A stretch of DNA of 64,000 bases from Anolis carolinensis (lineage: Eukaryota): the NCBI RefSeq assembly GCF_035594765.1, contig NC_085841.1:98317574-98381573 (forward strand). The letters are read 5' to 3'. The position numbers were made by a program, and so were the translations under genes. Positions 11,907-24,902 of this stretch are shown in pieces. Position 1 is the first letter of the stretch. Each line of letters begins with the position of its first letter. A model generated the notes under the pieces. The model was not told the DNA's origin, did not search any database, and worked only from the letters and a program-made list of their open reading frames with translations.

Positions 11907-13361
11907 GTGTAGTGATTTGAGAGTTGTCTTATGATTGTGGCTTCATTCCCCACTCAGCCATGGAAACCCGCTGAGTGATCTTGGGCAAGTCACACACTCT
12001 CAGCCTCAGAAAACCCAAACACTTTCAAACCAGGAACAGATTTCCTTATACAGAGGCTGATGACCATCTATCAGGAGTGATTTGATGGTGTGCTATGATT
12101 TCTGTTCCTGGTTGATAATGTCACTTCCTAATTGGTTCTGTCATAAAAACAGCAAGGGACATCGTCATATAAAAAATAGACCATTATGGTTTGTTGAGTC
12201 TCTCTCCACCAATTTAACAAAGTTTCAGCCACAAAAACAAAGTTTCTGAAGTAGTACAATGACTTTCAAAGTAAAGACAACCCAATGAAATGGGAAATAA
12301 GACTTTTAAACCAGGAAAAGATTTCTGCAATTATTAAAAAATGGTTTATTATAAAAGCTATGAAAATTCACCAAAATCAGAGGATAAGGAAAACATTCTG
12401 AAATTTGGTGTGCTAACAGTTGTAAATGTGTTCTATCATTGCAGCAAATTTCATTAGGATAGCTCAAAAAATTCCCATTGACGATAATGTTTTCCTTTAT
12501 GCGTATGCGCACCCACCATTAACGAAGTACATACGAAGTTTCGGAAGTTTCCGAAAGTTTTGATTTTTTTTTGCTTCAAAATTCGGAAATGACTTTAGAA
12601 ACGAAGCGCCAGCGCTCCCTACTTTAGAAGCGAGTTTAGAACAATTTTTTTCATGGATCACTCATGCCTAGTAATCACAATAGTTACCCATGGCTACATA
12701 AAAAAAATCAAACTTGTCAATGTATTTATTCAAGAGCACAAGTCAGCAGTTGAACAATGTGAATTCTTCTCTTATTGTTTAGTTAGGCTACCCTGTAATA
12801 CAAGAGTAATTTGGATGTTAGAGTTGTACTTCAAAAGTCATGAAGTTGTCTCTTATAACTTCCAAGCTCTGCATTGGTTCAGTTACACTTTTAGGGAACC
12901 AGTAGAGAGGAGCGCAAAGAACATTCTTGCTGCTAAAATGAATATGAAAACCCCTCATCAAATGGCACTCAGAAGCATATGAAAGCCCTATAGATTTCTG
13001 CTTTGAGGTTATTATGCTATTACAGTAATTTGTGCTCTGAGGCCAGTTGATCAAACAGTGAAGTTAAAACATTCCACTCCACAAGCAATCTCGCTTGCAA
13101 AGTTTTGATAACAAGATAATATATATGTTCCATCAATAAGAGATTTTTAAGTTGATTACTCTGGATATGATTTGACAGTGTCAAATAAATTCTTAAGTAC
13201 TATCCTGGAGAGGAGCCAGCCAGCCCTGCATGCCATAGCATGCTGAAAACATGTTGCTATCTGGATGGATTTTCCCCTTTGCCACCAACAAGCAGATAAT
13301 TGCTCTTTGATACATGCTGCAAGTTTTTGAAAGTGATCAGGATAGTGCTGCTAATAACATC

Positions 13362-13363
<2 letters not shown>

Positions 13364-13409
<46 letters not shown>

Positions 13410-13590
13410 TATTTATACCCCGCCACCATCTCCCCAACGGGGACTCGGGGCGGCTTACATGGGGCCATGCCCAGGACAATACAATATAGCAAAATATAAA
13501 AACAACATATCATAATACAATTAAACAATACAATAAATAATCATGTACAGTACAACACAAAATCAAAAAAAGCAATATAACAGCATTTGA
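13364..13590 (-). mobile_element. L2-type 3' end with (AAT)n tail
   Basis: (AAT)n at 13364-13406, then TTTATACCCCGCCACCATCTCCCC...GGGGACTCGGGGCGGCTTACA. Similar ends at about 23897-24030 and 54186-54350. Confidence 0.65.
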
Positions 13591-13610
13591 ACATTGCACA
13601 TAACATTATA

Positions 13611-13813
13611 GGGTGTATCTACACTGTAGAATTAATGCAGTTTGGCATCACTTTCACTGTTATGACTCAATGGAATAATGGGAGTTGTAGTTTGATGAGG
13701 CACCAGCATCATTTAGAAGAAAAGGCTAAAGTCCTTAAAAAACCACAACGTCCTATATTCCACAACATTGAGCCATAGATAAACTGCATTAATTCTGCAG
13801 TGTAGATGCACCC
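13611..13813. mobile_element. Palindromic MITE (Harbinger-like)
   Basis: TIRs GGGTGTATCTACACTGTAGAATTAATGCAGTTT and AAACTGCATTAATTCTGCAGTGTAGATGCACCC. 3-bp ATA on both sides. Confidence 0.8.
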
Positions 13814-14752
13814 ATAAATGCAACATGGGGAGCATGCATAGGATGGAAAATGCAAAAGCAAGAATGACATGTTCTATGACATGTGATATCCACGTCTTTA
13901 TTTTATTTTATTTTATTTTTAAAAATACAATATAAAGGAAATATTTGTTCAACTGGCATGCATATGTCATTTGGGCAGCTTTTTGGGTTGATCTTTTGTA
14001 TTCCTCGAAAGTACTTTCATGCCTTGATAATGGTCTCTTACATTTTGCCTTTGATGTATTACTCAGCCTTTATGAAATTCTCCATCATATTTCCCCTGAC
14101 CAAGTATTGAACTTCACCTTGTAAAAGCAAAGATTCCAGCTGCCCCATGTGGCATTTCCAACTCCACCCTGTACTTTTTCAGCTTTTAGAAAAAGGTGCT
14201 GCCTTGTAATGACTGAGGAATATAGTAGAACAATGTCCCTGTAGGAGGTATGGTTATGGTTAACGTTTTCCTTTAAGACTGCATTTGCAGTCACAATCCC
14301 CACACTCATGAGAATCACTTTCAGTTAAGAAAGTGACCCCCATGTACCCAGGAAGAATGGTGATAGAATGAACTACATGGGGGGACCAACATGATAGATG
14401 GATTATTTTTGCAATGCAGTAGGCCCTTGTATTATGCAATGATCTACATATCAGAACCTTTCACATAATGCAATTTTTATGTATAACCTGCAAGTCTATT
14501 TTCTTCCAGCCAAATCATTCCAGAGAACTGCACAGGAAGACCAAGCAATGCCTAGAGTATCCTCTCTACACTCCAGCATAACTGTGTGGTGCATAACTGT
14601 TTTATATTCTTCAAAAGTTGACCATCGAATGGCACTAGAGGTCTAGAGAGAACATTTATCTAGGTATAACTGAGGGTGCATCCAGAGAGTGCCTAAAACG
14701 CAAGAGCACGTTATTTTCTTTTTTTTTAAGGCTTTTTTTGGGCGGGGGGTGT

Positions 14753-15450
14753 TGTTTTGTGTCTAGGTTCTCTGCCGGAAGGTCCGGCAGGGCTTCTGGA
14801 CACCCCTACCTCAGGAAAGCACGGATTATTTCCCAATGTGGGGACAGAAGTCCACCCTGACCAAGGTTTTTTAAACCTGGGACTGAACAGACTTTTCCCG
14901 TCTGGAACCAGCTTGGGTCTTTCTGTGCAATTGTTAGGGATTCCTCTTCTTCAGAAGAGGAAGGGGAGCAAGAAAGTGTTCATGAATCTGAGCGTGAGTT
15001 GGAATCTGAGGAGGAGACTTTGCAATTACCCACATTTCAGGAGAGGCGAAAGGAAACAGTGCAGAAATGTCGTTCAGCTAGAATAGCTGCCAGAAATGCA
15101 GCTGAGTAATTAGGAACTGCCCTAGCAGCTGTGAGGAGTCTCAGAGCTATAAAGCAGAAGCAGGGGCAGCCAGCTCTTGCTGGTAACAAACTGACTCTAA
15201 TGCCTTCGCTCCCCGTGTGCCTGCCCTGAGTCTGTATCTGGATTTATTGCTGTTTCTGTGTCTGAAGTCAGACTGCTATTTGTTTTGGGACTGTATCAGA
15301 GACTAAGAACTGCATTTGCCCTAAGACTTCCTTGCTTCCTTTTGCATTATTCTACTGAGTGTGCTGCACTTTATGTTTTGCTGAAGTGAAGCAGTTTTCA
15401 TTTACTTACCACAGTGTCTTAAGGCTGTTCTTGAAAGACAAAACAGGACA
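14753..15450 (+). mobile_element. Probable solo LTR (Gypsy-like)
   Basis: Starts TGTTTTGT and ends ACAAAACA (15445) or CAGGACA (15450). TATAAAG near 15148. GC-richer than its flanks. No clean TSD. Confidence 0.5.
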
Positions 15451-16139
15451 GCAGTTCTATGATATTCAAAACTCTTTGACATAACATACATAGAATAAAC
15501 TGGGCTTGTATGATAAGTGGGCCTACTGTAATATATCAAAACAACTTTCAGAGTTTTCTCTTTCTCTCTGCCTTTGGTGTTCCTGGTCATTTTTCATACA
15601 AGTCTTCTAGTGTTTCTGGGCATTGTTTCCTTTGAACTTCTGCACTACTAGCTAGACAGAAGATTCAGTTAAACTGAACAGCTTTTAATTACCTCTAATG
15701 TTTCAAATTGCTTTTCATGGCCAGAATCCTGTATCAGCATCTCAGTCAAGTTAAGTATACTTAACTTGACTTTTAGTTTGTGTTTAGCTGTATTCTCCTT
15801 GTTTTAAATTGTAACATTCCTTGAGCTCCAATTGTAGAGAGAAACAGACTATTAATAATAGGAAGATGTTAGATGACTATTTATTATTATTATAGCCTCT
15901 TTCATTCAAGGGATTTGGGGTCATATACATGAGAAGTTATTAAAATGCAAGAGTCCTTTAAGATCAAGATAGCAACAGAAGAGCCCATAGAGGCAATATT
16001 TAAAATATTGGAAATTATTGAAGACTTTGGAAAAGCGGCTGGACTTACAATTAATAAACAGGAAACAAAAATAATGATTAAGAATGTCCAGCAGCAGGGC
16101 CAGAGAATCTTGAAGGAAAGGACAGCTATTGAGATTGTC

Positions 16140-16658
16140 TTTTTAATATGAGATACACACACACACACATACAGTAGAGTCTCACTTATCCAACACTCGC
16201 TTATCCAATGTTCTGGATTATCCAACGCTTTTTTGTAGTCAATGTTTTCAATACATCGTGATATTTTGGTGCCAAGTTCATAAATACAGTAATTTCTACA
16301 TAGCATTACTGTGTATTGAACTACTTTTTCTGTCAAATTTGTGTTATAACATGATGTTTTGGTGCTTAATTTGTAAAAGCATAACCTAATTTGATGTTTA
16401 ATAGGCTTTTCCTTAATCCCTCCTTATTATCCAACATATTTGCTTATCCAACGTTCTGGCAGCCCGTTTATGTTGGATAAGTGAGACTCTACTGTATATA
16501 TATATGAGACATATAAATTCACATACACAACATATACAATTCCCACCACCACAAGGATTATTTTCTTTTACATATTAATCTTTTTGAGACAATCCTTATA
16601 GATTTAGATACTATATAACATTTGCATCCTATGTCTTTAAAAATTGAAATAAGAAATG
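16140..16658. mobile_element. Unidentified insertion within the old L1, bounded by a 15-bp TSD
   Basis: GCTATTGAGATTGTC is duplicated at 16125-16139 and 16659-16673. Confidence 0.75.
16172..16494. mobile_element. Tc1/mariner MITE
   Basis: Perfect TIRs CAGTAGAGTCTCACTTATCCAACA and TGTTGGATAAGTGAGACTCTACTG. TA TSD. Confidence 0.92.
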
Positions 16659-19600
16659 GCTATTGAGATTGTCAACCAAGTCAAGTATCCGGGAATTTAC
16701 ATGACTATGAAAAATCTGGACCTATATGAAAAAGCATGGAATGTAATACAAAAAGAATATACAATTAAAAGAATATCTACAATTGAAATGAATGTTCTTC
16801 ATAAAATGTTTCTTTTCCAAACAATCACAATATTATTAAATGATGCCTGCTTCAAAAAATTGAACAAAGATATTAGCAAATTCAGTTGGAAAGGCAAAAC
16901 CCCAAGAATTAAGATGAAATCATTGCAGGACACCAAGGGCAGAGGAGATGTGGCTTTATGAAACTTGAAGCTATACTATGAAGCTGCAGCTCTAGTTTGG
17001 ATAAAAGAATGGATAATGCTAAATAATAAAATATTACTAATATTAGAAGGACATGGTTTAAGATATGGATGGCATGGATACTTAATATATGGAAAACATT
17101 AATTCACTCTTATTTCAAGAGCCACATGCTAAGAAATACACTGTATAGAGTATGGAAAAAGTACAAATCAAGATTCTACTTAAAAAATACCTTTGTGGAT
17201 ATCTACCAAAAAGTCTTCCATCAGACAGAGATGACGGGACAACTAATGGCCCCTTATAAACAGGTATTAATAGGTCAACAAAGGATTTTTTTTCAAAAGT
17301 CTATAAAATATTATTAAAATTAGACACAGAAGTACATCTAATCAAAGACTGTATGATTCAGTGATCAAAGAATGTGGGTCATGACATCCATCTAGACAAA
17401 TGGGAACAGATATAAAAAATGAAAATTAAATTAATAAGATATCATAGACTAACAGAAAATTTCTACAAGATGATGTATAGATGGTACATGACACCAGAAA
17501 TATTAGCAAAGATGGAACCAAAACTAAAGAAATATTTGTTGGAAATGTCATCAGAAAGAAGGAACTTTTTATCATATGTGGTGGGCATGTCCCAAAACAA
17601 AAAAGGATTATAATTCATAAGGACATCAAAAAAATCTTTAAGATTAAAGTACCACTAGATCTAGCAGCCTTTCTGTTGGGACTTACAAATTCAACACTAT
17701 AAAAAAATCTGATACTCTTTTTATACATGGTACAGAAAGGACTGTTATACTTACTATTGGAAGCAAGAAGAAATCCCCATCCAAGATTTATGGATTACAA
17801 ATATGTTGGATGTGGCAGAAATTGACAAACTGAATAGGCTTATACAATTTCCAGATCCTTCCAAATTGGAATAAGAATGGCAGCCCTTTATTGACTATTT
17901 AAAACAAGAAAAGAAAATGAAAACATTGGGTTTTCTATACATTAAGAAAAAATGAGTAGTACAGGGATGTAGAAATAACAGCAAAAGAAAAAAGTGAAGT
18001 TATTGACAAGAATAACATGATCCCAATGATATCCAAGGGATCCTGGAAAGTTAATCTACCAGAGATAAAAGGTTTTATGACAAAAAGAATAGATTATTTG
18101 ATTAAGAAGAAGACAGCAGAGACAGAGTAGGAAGCATTAGTTAGAGCTTTCTATTTTCCATTTCTCAACCTTCCTAGCTCCTTTGTTTCAAAGCACTATA
18201 CACCCACTTTTCTATCCTTCTGTTTTAGATTGGGAAAGAAATGCTCTTTTTTCTGTTTTGTTTTTTTTTTAACATCATATAAACCTTTTGTGTATGAGAA
18301 AACAATGGAAGAAGACAAAGATGTAATATGTTCAAAATGATCCTGTTCTGTGTCCACTCTTGTACCCTTCCCCATTCCTCATACAACTGCAATAAAACTT
18401 ATATGGAAAAAACAAAAACAAAACAAAAAAGAGCTTTTCTCTTAAGGGATGTAGAAAGTCAATCAATAGCTTCAACAAGCACATCAAGTCAGCGTTCATA
18501 CCAAAAGAAGTTTAAAAGACCAAACACAACTTCATTTGGTTTTCTTCCAAGCTGCAATGTAAATGAAATATGCTTGTTTCAGGTTTATTTTTCAATCCCA
18601 TGGTGTGTTGTCAGGTTTTATTTAGTTTCCTTGATAGCTTGATTAGCAATGTTGTGGTGCTACACTTCAACCTGTGAAGATTTTTTAAAAAACAGCCACC
18701 TGTAAGCCCCTTGATTTGCCACTCATTTGAGGAACTGGCATAATGACTTATTTTAAAACTTCAAACACTTGTCAGTGGCAACTGATAGTCTAGTGCCAAT
18801 GTGATACTGAATCTGAGCTAAAGGAGCTATTCATGGTGATGAATCTGTTTTAGAGATAGGTCTCAGCACCTTAGACAGTTCTTGTAGTCCCCAGAGTGAC
18901 TGGAACCGCAGCTGCTGCCACTGTCTCCCATGATTTATATAATAGTTCATTTTCAAATGCTATAGTTTCATTATTGAAACCCAGGGAGATATATATTTGT
19001 CAGCTTGCTGTTATTTTAAGGTGTTGTGATATTTTACTATGGCATTTTAATGTTATTAAGATGTTTTATGGTTTTATATTGTGGTGAGTCACTGTAAGGA
19101 TCATAGAAAGTGAAATATAAGCTAATAAAATCTAAAAAAAGAACAGAGCATTATGGCAGTGAAACTTCATACAACAAATAACATAGGTGTGAGTGAAACT
19201 TAGGAGTAGAACTTTTTGGTGCTCACTAATGGTGTTTGTACTCTTGAGAAAGTGAGCAAAGAGTCTCTGTTTGCCTTGAATTTGAGACATCCACATAGAA
19301 GAAGCTCAAGAGGCAAGATAATTAACCCTCCTGAATTACACAGCTGGATACCAAGTAGACCTTTGGTTGTTCCAGGGTTCTTCTAATACATTTTGATGTC
19401 TAAAGTAAAAAAAAAAAACTAGATGGGCAATTGAACCTTATTTTAGTGCTATTGAGGGAGTAATGTCTATCTCCACACCTGAGGATAACAGGCTAGGTGA
19501 GGGCATGTGGAGTAAGGTCATGCGCTATACTATTGTTCTCTGACTTTGCAAACTGTCCCAAGTAGCTGCTACCTAAAGTAGCTGCTATGTTATATCTGAT

Positions 19601-20664
19601 TGGAATGCCATCCAATAAAATGAAGCAATTAGTCTTTGAAGGCTGCCACTTTTAGCTCTGTTTCCATGGATTTAAGGAGCTTCAAAAAGTGTAGCACTAT
19701 TAAATGTTATTAAATACTGGATATTAGTAATCAAAAGTATTCCTCTCTACTTTTATTCTGTCCCAGGAAACTAAGAGATAAAACAAAACTGGATATATGT
19801 GTTCCAGCTAAACAAGCTGGTTGCCTATAAAATTACATTCTGGCATCTCTCTTCACCAATGGCCTATGTTTCAAAAGCCCGGGTCTTCCAAGTGTATTGG
19901 ACTTCTGCTCCCAGAATTCCTGATAACTGACCACAGCAACTGAGGTTTTGAGAGTTAAAGTCTAAAAAACTTGAAGGGTTAGAGTTTGGAAATTACTGAT
20001 CTAGGTTCTTTACAAAATACAATAATGGCCTCTGGCACTGGCAATGCATAATGTTATTAAGCACCCTCAGAGGGCTACAACCCACCTTAGAGAGCATCAG
20101 GCAGGCCAAAGGACATTCACCTCTCTGGACTCCACCATGACTTCCTTCTCCTCGCACAGACAGTAGCTAAAATCCTGTTGCTGATTCATTGATGTAAAAT
20201 CCAGTTACACTCATGTAAGTTCTCTTTGAGGTGTTGCATAAAAAGATATTGAGTACTTCTTTATGTATTGTCTTTGCCCTGGCTGTACAATGACAACCAA
20301 AGAGCTGACTAGGCAGCTTGGCCTCTTCAGGTGCACCTCAGCACCATCTGGCTGCTCCCAAACAGCCAGGGTGAAGGAGCATTCTCTGTCTTTGTACCGG
20401 GGGGGGGGGGGGGTCAAAGCTGTGTCTTCTACTCTGCCTGTGTAATGGCAATTGGGTTGCTTCATGGTGAAGCTTCAGTCATCTATCACTGCATGGCTAT
20501 GGGGTGTGACATTAGGCTTCCTGGAGCCCTTTCACAATACACAGTTATTGCCCCATGATTTCGGTTTAATGGCAAAAATTCTACTTAGTTTCATAATGTA
20601 TTTAAATATCTCTGCCAGAGAGCTTTGGCGCCTCACCAAACCACAAAACCAAGGATTCCATAGG

Positions 20665-20787
20665 ATTTATTTGTTTGTCATGTCAGAAGCGAACAGAGGG
20701 TACAGTTGTAATGTATTTGAAAAGACAAATAAAGTTAAACACTTGGAGTGCCTCTAGTGTTGCTATAAGAAGGTCTTCCATTGTGCC
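20665..20787 (-). mobile_element. Vingi LINE 3' end fragment
   Basis: Minus strand encodes TMEDLLIATLEALQV (Vingi-like C-terminus) and ends CGCTTCTGACATGA plus (CAAA/TAAA)n. Abuts a plus-strand SINE fragment at 20788-20890. Confidence 0.65.
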
Positions 20788-20894
20788 CCCCACAGGATCG
20801 TGACACATCTGGGCATACCCTGGGCAACGTCTTTGTAGATAGCAGATTCTCTCACAACCAGAAGCAACTTGCAGGATTCCGTATGATACCACTT

Positions 20895-22379
20895 AGAAGG
20901 CTAAGCTCCGCCCACTTGGTCTCCTAGCAACCTACTCAGCTCAGGGGACAGGCAGAATTAGGCCTCACTTAGGCCTCTTCACACTGCCTATAAAATACAG
21001 ATTATCTTATTTGAACTGGATTATATGGCAGTGTAGACTCAAGGCCCTTCCACACAGCTATATAACCCATTTATAATCTTATATTATCTGCTTTGAACTG
21101 GATTATCTTGAGTCCACACTGCCATATAATCCACTTCAGTGTGCATTTTATTCAGCTGTATAGAAGGAGCCTCATAGAATCCAGTTCTAAGCAGTTAATA
21201 TAAGATTATAAATATACAGTAGAGTCTCACTTATCCAACATAAACACCCCGGCAGAACATTGGATAACTGAATATGTTGGATAATATGAAGGGATTCAGG
21301 AAAAGCCTAATAAACATCACATTCCCTCACGATCCTATCTGCTGCCAAACTGCCATCCATGTCTATGCCAGGCATCCTCAGAGATTATGAGATCTGTTTG
21401 AAAACAGACAAGTGGGATGTTTATTTCTATCTCACCAATAATATCCAGGATGGGAAAACTCTTATCTGTCTGAGGCGACTGTGAATGTTCCACTTGGCCA
21501 CCTTGATTACCATTGAGTGCCCTTCCACCTTCAAGGCCTGCCTACTTCCTGCTTCGGAGAGGAATCCTTTGTTGGGAGATGTTAGCTGTCCCTCAGTACA
21601 TCATGTCTGGAATTCCCTGATTGCTCAATGCTGTTCTTTAGTTAACTGTCCTGATTTCACAGATTTTTTTAACACTCGGAGCCACATTTTGTTCATTCCA
21701 GGCAGGCAGGAACCATCCAGGCTTTGAAGCTACAAGGCTATTCAGTGCCAGTTCCAACATTCACACTTGCCTAAACCAAACAACAGTTCTTTCTTCCACC
21801 CTGGTCATTCCACAGATATATAAACCTCACTTTCTTTCGTTACAACACATTTCACAACCTCTGAGGATGCCTGCCAAGCATACAGGCGAAACATCAGGAG
21901 AGAATACATTTGAAACATAACCAGGCAGACCACAGAACTCAGAGCAACCCAATACAAAGAGAAACAAAAATAATAAAATAAATACAAAAAACAAATTAAA
22001 AAAACAAAATAAAATAATACAATTAAAAAAAAAATAATATAATCAAATAACAAAATATAATACATACAAATAATAAAATAAAATAACAAAAACACAAATA
22101 ATAATAAAAGAATAAAAAGAAAATAAATACAAATAATACAATAAAATAATAAACACTAAAAATAATTAAAAACACTTAAAATTAATACAGTAAAATACTA
22201 TAATAACAGAAAATAACTAAAAATAATACAAGATAATAATAAAATATAATAAATAAAAAAGATAAGTTACAATAAAATTAATTAAAAAATACAAATAACG
22301 TCAAATAAAAATTCCACAACAATTTTTAACCAATACCACCACCACTTTGCCACAGCAACACGTGGCTGGGCACAGCTAG
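20895..22379 (+). mobile_element. Composite non-autonomous Helitron, 3' portion
   Basis: 3' hairpin GCCACAGCAACACGTGGC (22349-22366), then CTAG (22376-22379) followed by T. Interior carries Harbinger-MITE pieces (20970-21172), a mariner-MITE end (21217-21320), inverted Penelope fragments (21355-21950) and an A/T-rich tract. 5' boundary uncertain. Confidence 0.75.
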
Positions 22380-22399
22380 TATCAGTTAAAGCAGAACTC

Positions 22400-22553
22400 A
22401 CTCCCTCGGAGTGTGGAGAAAGCTCCTTCTTTGGAGGTGTTTCAACAGAAGCTGGGTGGCCATCTGTCTGGGGTGATTTGGTTGTGCTTTTTCTGCATGG
22501 CAGGGGATTGGACTTGATAGCCCATGTAGTCTCTTTCAACTCTATGATTCTGT
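22400..22553 (+). mobile_element. CR1 3' end fragment
   Basis: GCTCCTTCTTTGGAGG...GGCCATCTGTC...TTCAACTCTATGATTCTG matches the 3' ends of the CR1s at 40-41 kb and 45.7-47.4 kb. Confidence 0.8.
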
Positions 22554-22700
22554 GAATAACTGTACAGGATATACAGTTATCCTGGATTCTAGTGCTGGGG
22601 TAGAAGAAGCAATCTTGGCCACTTGGAGCACAGGCCTATGTATTCTGAGAAGGCTGTCTCACGTGGCAGATATTGGCCCAAACATTATTGGATAATTTGA

Positions 22701-22922
22701 GGGTGCAACTGCACTGTAGAATTAATACAGTTCAACATCATTTTAACTATCATGGTTCAATGCTATGGAACACTGAGATTTGTAGTTTGGTGAGCCACCA
22801 GTACTTTTTGGAAGAGAAGGTTTAGGGACTTTTAAAACAACATGTCCCAGAATTCCATAGCATGGAGCCATGGCAGTTAAAGTAATGTCAAAGTGCATTA
22901 ATTATACGATGTAGATGCATTT
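22701..22922. mobile_element. Palindromic MITE (same family as 13611-13813)
   Basis: Imperfect TIR GGGTGCAACTGCACTGTAGAATTAAT...ATTAATTATACGATGTAGATGCA. Confidence 0.75.
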
Positions 22923-23896
22923 TTCATTTGTGCAATAATATTTGGGCCAGTATCTGTCCCTTGAGACAGCTCATTCATTATGTGCAATGGCAAGGCCAGT
23001 CCTGCTAATGATTTTCTTCCTTACCTGTGTGAAGATACATGTAGAAAGGGGAAGGAAAATGCCTTGTATTACATGTTCATGAAACTAGGACTGAGCAGAT
23101 GTCAGTCTGGAACAGCTAAAAATCCTGGTCCAAGGATTTTTTTTTTCAAGGAAGTTTTCCTCAGTACGAAGAAGATAGCATAATTCTGAATCTTTTTGGC
23201 ACCCCCTGCCACTGAGTATATCCGCCAAAGATTGTAACCTCATTCTGTCCCTTCTAGTGGGCTAGTTTTGCATAACTTAAATTGAGCCTTCAACTATGTT
23301 TCATTTCATTAGATGCTCTTTTTTTTCAGTTCCATGAAACTTCAAGAACTTTAGTAACTGCTCCATTATGGGAAGGGAGGGAAGCAATTCTTCTTATTAC
23401 TCATTAAAATCGGAAGGAAATATTTATGCTGAATGTCTAGCCACAATCCAATTGCCTGGTGTAATTATGCTACTATAGGCGGTGATGGTGGCAGTGTAGC
23501 AAGAGAAGACGTGGAATGGATAAATTGCTGAAAGAGGACTTGACTGCCATCAGTCTTCATCTATGAGGAAGATGAATTCCCCGGGCATGACAGGCCTGTG
23601 CACTTTCAGTCCTGGGAGAAGAGGCAGGAACAGCCAGACAATGAATTCAAAGCTTGAGTTGATAACATTGGCTGGGAAACCTGACCAGAGTGGACAGCGT
23701 GTAATCTTCACTCTGGTTGGGTTAGGGAATATTAATTGAGCTCCTCAAGCAATCGCTTGGCAGTCATCTTCCAAAGGCAACCCACCTTTTATCTATTGCA
23801 GTTGTTTGGGTTCTTTCTTTTCTATCTCAGTCATTTGATATTTATTTGTGTGTTGTTTGTCACAACTGGGAATGATGGCATGTATCCTCGATTGGG

Positions 23897-23939
<43 letters not shown>

Positions 23940-24902
23940 CTTTATTTATATATCGCCCTATCTCCTCACGGGACTCAGGGCGGTTTCCAATATAACAAGG
24001 AAATTATACAACAACTTAAAACCATACAATAACTAATGTCTCTGAGGCATTAGTAAATATGGATGGGGTTTCCCTAAAGGGGAATTGAGGTGTATGGGTG
24101 GAATGAGGTCTTACCTGAACATGGGCGAAAGCACATGGATCCTTTTCTGCCATCCCATATTTTATGGCCGTGAGCTAGAACTTTGGCTCATTGGTCAACA
24201 GGGAGGTTAGGTTGATGCCTGGATCCAGGACCCATGTGAATGGGCCAACCCTGTTTGACCACTGTAACCAATAATGTTGCTTCCTACTTCTTTTCCAATT
24301 ATTTTGTGTGCAATGGATTTTTTCTTAAATGGAAGAGTCACCCTGGAACATGCAATTAGAATTGCAGCAGGACAACAGTGCCTTTGCCTTGTACTTGTCA
24401 CATTACATCACTCCTTTCTTACTGCTCTCCTGGTGGGAAACCACTGGAAACCATTTATTTTACAAAAGAAGGTCATTAATGGATTATTTCAGATTGTAAA
24501 AAAAATGCCTTCCAACAGTCTTCCATTGGGAGAGTAACAGGAAAAGAGTAATGTCATGTGATAATTCCAAAGCAAAGATGCTATTGACGTGCTATAACTG
24601 CAATTTGCTTGCCTTGTGTGATAAATTCCCAAAATATCAAAAGGATTCTGGCTGGAGCTAGCAAGGAAATTGCAATGTTGAAGGACTGATACAAGGCAGA
24701 GTTGTTTTTTTTAAGTGTAATATTCACAAATTCTAATTTCCTGGAACAATAGTCTGATGTAAAAGCTGAGTCTTGCCCCATTAATAATGTGTGGACTGGA
24801 AAGAAGTAAGTATCTGTTACTCCTGAGTGGCTGTAGAGCATGCAACTGAGTGTGGAGATAGACGACAGATAGGAACACGTCTGTTGTGTGAGAAGACTGA
24901 TA

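Larger units (their letters stand above)
8203..12670. mobile_element. Composite non-autonomous hAT-like element hosting nested insertions
   Basis: Ends TAGGGATGGGCAA and TCACTCATGCCTA (imperfect TIR), CpG-rich subterminal repeats, and a degenerate 8-bp TSD GTAACCAA/GTAATCAC (6/8). Confidence 0.65.
15930..18430 (+). pseudogene. Old 5'-truncated L1 (frameshifted ORF2 3' half, 3' UTR and A-rich tail)
   Basis: ORF pieces FGKAAGLTINK, VKYPGIY, MFLFQTI, FSWKGKTPRI and FYKMMYRWYMTP align to the intact ORF2 at 28567-32322. AATAAA at 18391, (AAAAAC)n tail. Confidence 0.85.

Noticed and set aside
21858-21898. Active hammerheads at 21858, 25149 and 62907
   Set aside because: GAAACGTC has decayed to GAAACATC, which breaks the palindromic stem III. 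These are probably inactive relics.
21805-22095. Highly hydrophobic 96-aa ORF
   Set aside because: It is the antisense reading of a low-complexity A-rich tract inside the Helitron.
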